Source: Alphaproteobacteria bacterium
GTDB lineage: Bacteria; Pseudomonadota; Alphaproteobacteria; SP197
Length of the DNA: 64,000 bases
Assembly: GCA_965228895.1 (NCBI GenBank)
Contig: OZ245842.1
Coordinates: forward strand, 1,088,001 to 1,152,000
Direction: 5' to 3'
A program made the translations under genes and the position numbers. The notes below the pieces were generated by a model that made no database searches, was not told where the DNA came from, and was given only the letters and a program-made list of their open reading frames with translations. Position 1 is the stretch's first letter. Each line of letters starts with the position of its first letter. Shown here piece by piece: positions 57,812 to 64,000 of the stretch.

Positions 57812-59185
57812 TCAATGAAAAAACTCCTTCAAAATCCTCAGCGCATAACGACTCTGAAACCTCGCCTTGCGCAACGCCGGCAGGCTGAACCGCGGTAGGG
57901 GCTGTGTCATGGTCGCCGGGATGGCGGCATTGGAACGTCCGCCGATCAAACCGGCGATGGCGCGGCCCGACCAGGTCGCCATGGCGACGCCGTTGCCGTG
58001 ATAGGCCAGGCTATAGAAAACGCCGGGGTCATCCTTGACTTCGCCCAGATGCGTCATGCGGTCGGCGGTCAGGCAAACAAAGCCGCGCCAGGTGTATTCG
58101 AAATCGACATCGCGCCAGGCCGGAAACATGGTGGCGACGCGACGTTTTAGAAAGGCCGCCCAACGCTGCCCCGAACCGGGCGAACCCGACATGCCGCCGG
58201 CCCCGCCTAAGATCAGGCGCCGGTCGGGCAGGACGCGGAAATAGCTGAACATGGTTCTCGTGTCGTAAAGCGGTTCCTCAGACGACCATTGATGCGCCGC
58301 GAGTTCGTCATCGTTGAGCGGGCGGGTGGCGACGATCTGCGAAATCAGCGGCAGCAGGCATCCATCGAATGCCGGATGAAGCTCGTCGCGGGTAAAGCCG
58401 TTGGTCGCGACCAGGACTTTCGGCGCCGTCACGCTGCCGCCGGGCGTCAGCAATCGGTGTTGGCCGCCTTCGCGCCGCCAGCCGGTCACCGGGCTTCGGC
58501 CATGAATGATGGCGCCGTGACGCTGAGCGAGTCGGGCGAGTTCGCGGGCGTACTTCATCGGATGCAGGCCGAAGCCGAATGGGAACAGCATGGCGCCGTG
58601 GACCGCCGGACCGCGATAGCCGCGTTCGTAGAAGGCGTCGGCCGACAGCAGTTCACAGTCGAAACCGCCCAAGCGCTGCCACTTGGCGACTTCGTCTTCG
58701 AGATCATCGTTGGCGCGCGGCGTATGGGCGATGCAGAACTCACCGTTGCCCTGGCGATCGATCGCAAGCCCTTCGGTTGCCGCGAGGTCACCGACCAGTT
58801 CGATCGACGCGCGCTGAGTGTCGATGTTCTGGCGCGCGATGTCGGCGCCGAACTTGTCGGCGATCTCGCTTGCGCCGAGGCCTGCGCCGCCGAAACAACA
58901 ATGGCCGCCATTACGCCCTGACGCACCCCACCCGGGAACACCGGCTTCCAGAACACGCACCGACATCTGGCTGTCGCGCAGCAGATGATAGGCGGCGGAA
59001 AGCCCGGTATAGCCGCCGCCGATAATCGCGACGTCGCAAACCTCATCGCCGTCGAGCGGATTGCAATCGGTTACGGGATCGCCTGCGCTGGCTTCCCAAT
59101 AGCTGCCCACGGCCGCGTCGCGGTCGTACATGACGTCGTGATACATGGGGACCTCTATCGTGTAGAGCGCGGCGAGGTCCTGCAT
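57812..59185 (-). CDS. FAD-binding oxidoreductase (gamma-glutamylputrescine oxidase-like)
   Basis: SYWEAS, GGGYTGLSAA, GASGRNGG, ATNG, YHGNGV. Confidence 0.85.
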   Translation of the reverse strand: MQDLAALYTIEVPMYHDVMYDRDAAVGSYWEASAGDPVTDCNPLDGDEVCDVAIIGGGYTGLSAAYHLLRDSQMSVRVLEAGVPGWGASGRNGGHCCFGGAGLGASEIADKFGADIARQNIDTQRASIELVGDLAATEGLAIDRQGNGEFCIAHTPRANDDLEDEVAKWQRLGGFDCELLSADAFYERGYRGPAVHGAMLFPFGFGLHPMKYARELARLAQRHGAIIHGRSPVTGWRREGGQHRLLTPGGSVTAPKVLVATNGFTRDELHPAFDGCLLPLISQIVATRPLNDDELAAHQWSSEEPLYDTRTMFSYFRVLPDRRLILGGAGGMSGSPGSGQRWAAFLKRRVATMFPAWRDVDFEYTWRGFVCLTADRMTHLGEVKDDPGVFYSLAYHGNGVAMATWSGRAIAGLIGGRSNAAIPATMTQPLPRFSLPALRKARFQSRYALRILKEFFH

Positions 59186-59228
59186 AACCCATCGTGCAGC
59201 CAGCGGCTACGCGTCAGGCGCGGCCAAG

Positions 59229-59256
59229 AAAAAAGGGGCCGGCGAACCGGCCCCTT
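59229..59256 (-). terminator. Rho-independent terminator
   Basis: GGGGCCGG-TTCG-CCGGCCCC-TTTTTT on minus strand. Confidence 0.85.
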
Positions 59257-59296
59257 GAAGTTATGCGTGAACAGGGAGGACGCTCATGAAGAGCTT
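59229..59296 (-). ncRNA. Candidate small RNA with anti-SD motif
   Basis: 5' hairpin GCTC-TTCAT-GAGC, single-stranded GTCCTCCCTG, UUCG terminator; promoter-like ATGCAC-N16-TATGTT upstream. Confidence 0.5.
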
Positions 59297-59415
59297 CCAC
59301 AGAACATAAGGATCCCTTGGGGGTGTGCATGTGACTGCCGTCACGTTTCCCGCCATTTGCTGAAAACCGCCCTTTTTCGTCGCTTTGGGCGGTCGAGCCT
59401 TGCTAGCTTTCGGCC

Positions 59416-60321
59416 GTGATGTTTAATCCCCTCGCGTTTCTGAGCTCTGTCGGCCTTGTTTGTGGCAGCGACTCGGTCGCTGAACCCCTGGCCGGCGGTT
59501 ACTGGAACCAGGTGTTTCGCGTCCGTGGCGATGGACGCGACCTCGTCGTTAAGCATTTTGGCGGTTCATCGGTGGAGTCCAGTCTGTTTCCGGTGCTCCC
59601 GGACGACGAGGCGCGAGCACTCGAAGTGCTCGCCGGCCGCGGCGTGGCGCCGGATCCCGTGGGCTACTTTCCGGCCGGCGAGGATCACGGCCCGGTCCTG
59701 GTCTATGCGTTCTTTGCCGGGCAGATGTGGGACGGCGATGTGGCCGAGGCGGCTGACGTGCTGCGGCGCATCCACAGCGTCGACACAGCAGGGTTTCGCC
59801 AAATGCCCGCATCGCCGTCGGCGATTCTGAACGATGCCGACCGCCTGCCCAAACCGCCTGACAATGATGAAGCTTGGCGGCAGTTGGGAGAAATGCGCCC
59901 TATCGTCACGGTCGATGAGCCACCGCCCAAACGTGTTCTGGTCCACGGCGACTTCAGTGCCGGCAACATGATCGCGGGCCCGGACGGCGTGCGGTGCATC
60001 GACTGGCAGTGCCCGGGCATGGGCGATGCTGCGGAAGACCTGTGGAGTTTTCTGTCGCCGGCGTTCCAGCTCCTCTACGACCGCCAGCCCATTGACACCG
60101 TTGCCGTCGCGCGCTTCCGGCAGGCTTATGGCGACGCCGGCGTTCTGGCCAGGCTCGACCTGCTGGGGCCGTATCTATCCTATCGGTTCGCCCATTATTG
60201 CTGCTTCAGGACCCATCAACTGGTTGATGTCGATCCGGCGGGAAGCGAGCGCTACGCGCGCGCAACCGCGGCGGAACTCGACGTTCTCGTCGGCCATCAA
60301 GAGATGTCCAAAAAGACCTAA
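59416..60321 (+). CDS. Aminoglycoside/choline kinase-like phosphotransferase
   Basis: GGYWN, VVKH, LVHGDFSAGN, IDWQ. Confidence 0.85.
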   Translation: MMFNPLAFLSSVGLVCGSDSVAEPLAGGYWNQVFRVRGDGRDLVVKHFGGSSVESSLFPVLPDDEARALEVLAGRGVAPDPVGYFPAGEDHGPVLVYAFFAGQMWDGDVAEAADVLRRIHSVDTAGFRQMPASPSAILNDADRLPKPPDNDEAWRQLGEMRPIVTVDEPPPKRVLVHGDFSAGNMIAGPDGVRCIDWQCPGMGDAAEDLWSFLSPAFQLLYDRQPIDTVAVARFRQAYGDAGVLARLDLLGPYLSYRFAHYCCFRTHQLVDVDPAGSERYARATAAELDVLVGHQEMSKKT

Positions 60322-60848
60322 ACGTCGACTTCTTCGTAGTGAAAGGTCATGCGCAGTTCGCCCGCGGTGTTCGCCACGGTCGCCAGGCAGGCGTGGGCGC
60401 GGCGTTCGGGTACAAAGACGGCGAACCGGGTGATGTAGCGGTCGCCATCGCCGCCCGGCAGCCGTTCTGAGTTCATGCGAACGATATTGGCGCCGAACTG
60501 ACCGAAGACTTCGGACATGCGTGCGATCAGGCCCGGCCGGTCTTCGCCACTGAGTTCGACGCGATGGGTGATATGGCCGCTTTCGGCATGCACCGGTCCA
60601 AGCTCGAAGCCGGTCACCGAAATCTTGCTTTCTTTCATGCCTGGCATGGCCTTCAGCTCACGCTCGATGTCGCTCAGCTTGTGCTGTTCCGGCACGTCGG
60701 CCAGGCAGGTGAACTCCGCCATTTCGCCCAGAACCGCAAAGGTCGTGTCGCCAAGGTTGACCTCCAGGTCGAACAGGCGGCCGGCGACATCGGCGATCAT
60801 GCCCTGCCGATCAGGGCCGATAACGGAAATCAAAGCGTTTTTTGCCAT
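60318..60848 (-). CDS. GcvR-like double ACT domain protein
   Basis: ISVIGPDRQGMIA and LSGEDRPGLIA ACT motifs. Confidence 0.85.
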   Translation of the reverse strand: MAKNALISVIGPDRQGMIADVAGRLFDLEVNLGDTTFAVLGEMAEFTCLADVPEQHKLSDIERELKAMPGMKESKISVTGFELGPVHAESGHITHRVELSGEDRPGLIARMSEVFGQFGANIVRMNSERLPGGDGDRYITRFAVFVPERRAHACLATVANTAGELRMTFHYEEVDV

Positions 60849-60919
60849 GGTGTCTCGCTGATTTTGTGCTCGCCCACACAATGCGGCAAAGCCGGGGGCA
60901 AATGAAGCCCCATGCGACG

Positions 60920-62371
<1,452 letters not shown>

Positions 62372-62543
62372 GCGGCCGGGAACCTAAAAGACCGCACACA
62401 GGTTTGTGAAGCCCGCGCCCCGGTTTTGCCACGAACCGAACTTAAATCGAGCGGGAAGGTGGCGCGACCTATGGACGTGCCCAAATTCATACCCGGTACG
62501 CCATCCACCGCGATGCCGGGTCAAACAAGATCTTGGAGGAAAC

Positions 62544-63941
62544 ATGCGCGTACGTTCAGCCTTTCTGACGGCGCTGGTCATCGTGTTTGGCGTAACCGGT
62601 GCCACGGTTGTCCGAGCCGATTCAGTCCTACCGTTTACCAATGCCGAAGGCGAGCCGACCCTGGCGCCGATCATCAAAGAGATCGGCCCGGCCGTCGTCA
62701 ACATTGCAACCGAGGGCACGGTCAAAGGCGGTGCCGAAAATCCACTGCTTGATGATCCATTCTTTGAACAGTTCCTGCCCAACGCGCCGCAAGGCGAGCA
62801 GCAGGGTCGACCGGCGAACAGCGTCGGGTCCGGCGTCATCGTCGATGCCGACAAGGGCTACATCATCACCAACCATCACGTCATTCAGCATGCCGACAAG
62901 ATCTATGTCACGCTGACCGACCGCCGCCAGCTCGAAGCCGAGCTTGTCGGTTCCGATCCCGAGACGGACATTGCCGTGCTCAAGGTCGAGCCGATGGCAT
63001 TGACCAACCTTGAAATCGGCGACTCCGACCGGCTTGAAGTCGGCGACTTCGTCGTTGCGATCGGCAACCCGTTTGGCCTGGGTCAGACCGTGACCATGGG
63101 TATCGTCAGCGCGGTCGGGCGTAGCGGACTGGGCATCGAAGGCTACGAGGACTTCATCCAGACCGACGCATCGATCAACCCCGGTAACTCCGGCGGCGCG
63201 CTGGTGACGCTTTCCGGTCAGGTTATCGGTATCAACACCGCGATCTTGGGCAGCTCGGGCAATATCGGTATCGGCTTTGCCATTCCGATCAACATGGCCA
63301 CCAACATCATGGACCAGATCATCGAACACGGTTCGGTGCAGCGCGGTCTTTTGGGTGTGAACATCCAGGACCTGACGCCTGATCTGGCCGGTGCTCTCGG
63401 TGTCGACGCCAACGGCGGTGCGCTGGTCGCGCGCGTCTTCCCCGAGTCCGCGGCTGCGGCTGCCGGTGTTGTCGAAGGCGACGTGATCACCCAGGTCAAC
63501 GGCGACGATGTTGCCGACGCCAGCGACCTGCGCAACGCGATCGGCCTGATGCGGGTTGGCGAGACAGCCGATCTGACGATCCTGCGTGACGGCAAGGAAG
63601 TCGATATCTCCGCTGTCATCAAGCCGCGTGCCGAAGCCGAGGTGGCCTCGATCGAGGCGCCGGCTGAGGTTGCCGAGGGTCCGTCTCTGGCAGGCGCGAC
63701 GTTTGGCCCGATCGATCCGATGCTGGGTTATCCCGACGATGTCGTCGGTGTCCAGGTCCTGTCGGTCGAACCCAACAGCGATGCTTTTCGCGCCGGCCTG
63801 CGCGAGGGCGATGTGGTGACCGAGATCAACCGCAAACCGGTTGCCGATATCAAGGAACTGATGGCCCAAGCCGACGAGGCCGGCGAGGAACTCCTGCTGC
63901 ATGTGCGTCGCGGCGAGGCGGCCTTCTACGTCCTCATCTAG
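62544..63941 (+). CDS. DegP/DegQ (HtrA) periplasmic serine protease with 2 PDZ domains
   Basis: TNHHV, DIAV, QTDASINPGNSGG, two PDZ segments. Confidence 0.95.
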   Translation: MRVRSAFLTALVIVFGVTGATVVRADSVLPFTNAEGEPTLAPIIKEIGPAVVNIATEGTVKGGAENPLLDDPFFEQFLPNAPQGEQQGRPANSVGSGVIVDADKGYIITNHHVIQHADKIYVTLTDRRQLEAELVGSDPETDIAVLKVEPMALTNLEIGDSDRLEVGDFVVAIGNPFGLGQTVTMGIVSAVGRSGLGIEGYEDFIQTDASINPGNSGGALVTLSGQVIGINTAILGSSGNIGIGFAIPINMATNIMDQIIEHGSVQRGLLGVNIQDLTPDLAGALGVDANGGALVARVFPESAAAAAGVVEGDVITQVNGDDVADASDLRNAIGLMRVGETADLTILRDGKEVDISAVIKPRAEAEVASIEAPAEVAEGPSLAGATFGPIDPMLGYPDDVVGVQVLSVEPNSDAFRAGLREGDVVTEINRKPVADIKELMAQADEAGEELLLHVRRGEAAFYVLI

Positions 63942-64000
63942 TTTCCGGGGGAAGAAGCCCGGCGTTCACTGGGACACCTCATGTAACCCTTGGCGGGCGG

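Overview
GC-rich alphaproteobacterial (Rhodospirillales-like, judged from gene order) chromosome segment. About 1-27 kb is mostly core genes: rmuC, def-fmt-truA, and the rpmH-rnpA-yidD-yidC-yihA-argB-HAD-dapD-dapE run, plus ggt, SDRs and a histidine kinase. tRNA-Arg(ACG) at 27881-27957 is followed by an accessory catabolic/regulatory block (MFS, three LysR regulators, an amidinotransferase-family enzyme with a carbamoylase). The most unusual locus is 40.3-44.0 kb. Two paralogous genes each have a near-identical twin-arginine-like leader and a duplicated promoter, followed by 15 and 10 copies of a 19-aa Asp/Gly/Tyr core (YTG-[ILVF]-[TSN]-D-[NS]-D-x-G-x-x-Q-D-x-x-G-Y-G). They sit directly upstream of a NO66/YcfD-type JmjC protein hydroxylase. 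This looks like an exported, multi-core, post-translationally modified (RiPP-like) system; that reading is inference. Also found but absent from the ORF track: a CxxU SelW/Rdx selenoprotein with a SECIS-like hairpin, rpmH, a candidate anti-Shine-Dalgarno sRNA, and a 25-bp perfect inverted repeat. All calls come from reading motifs by eye; no database searches were run.
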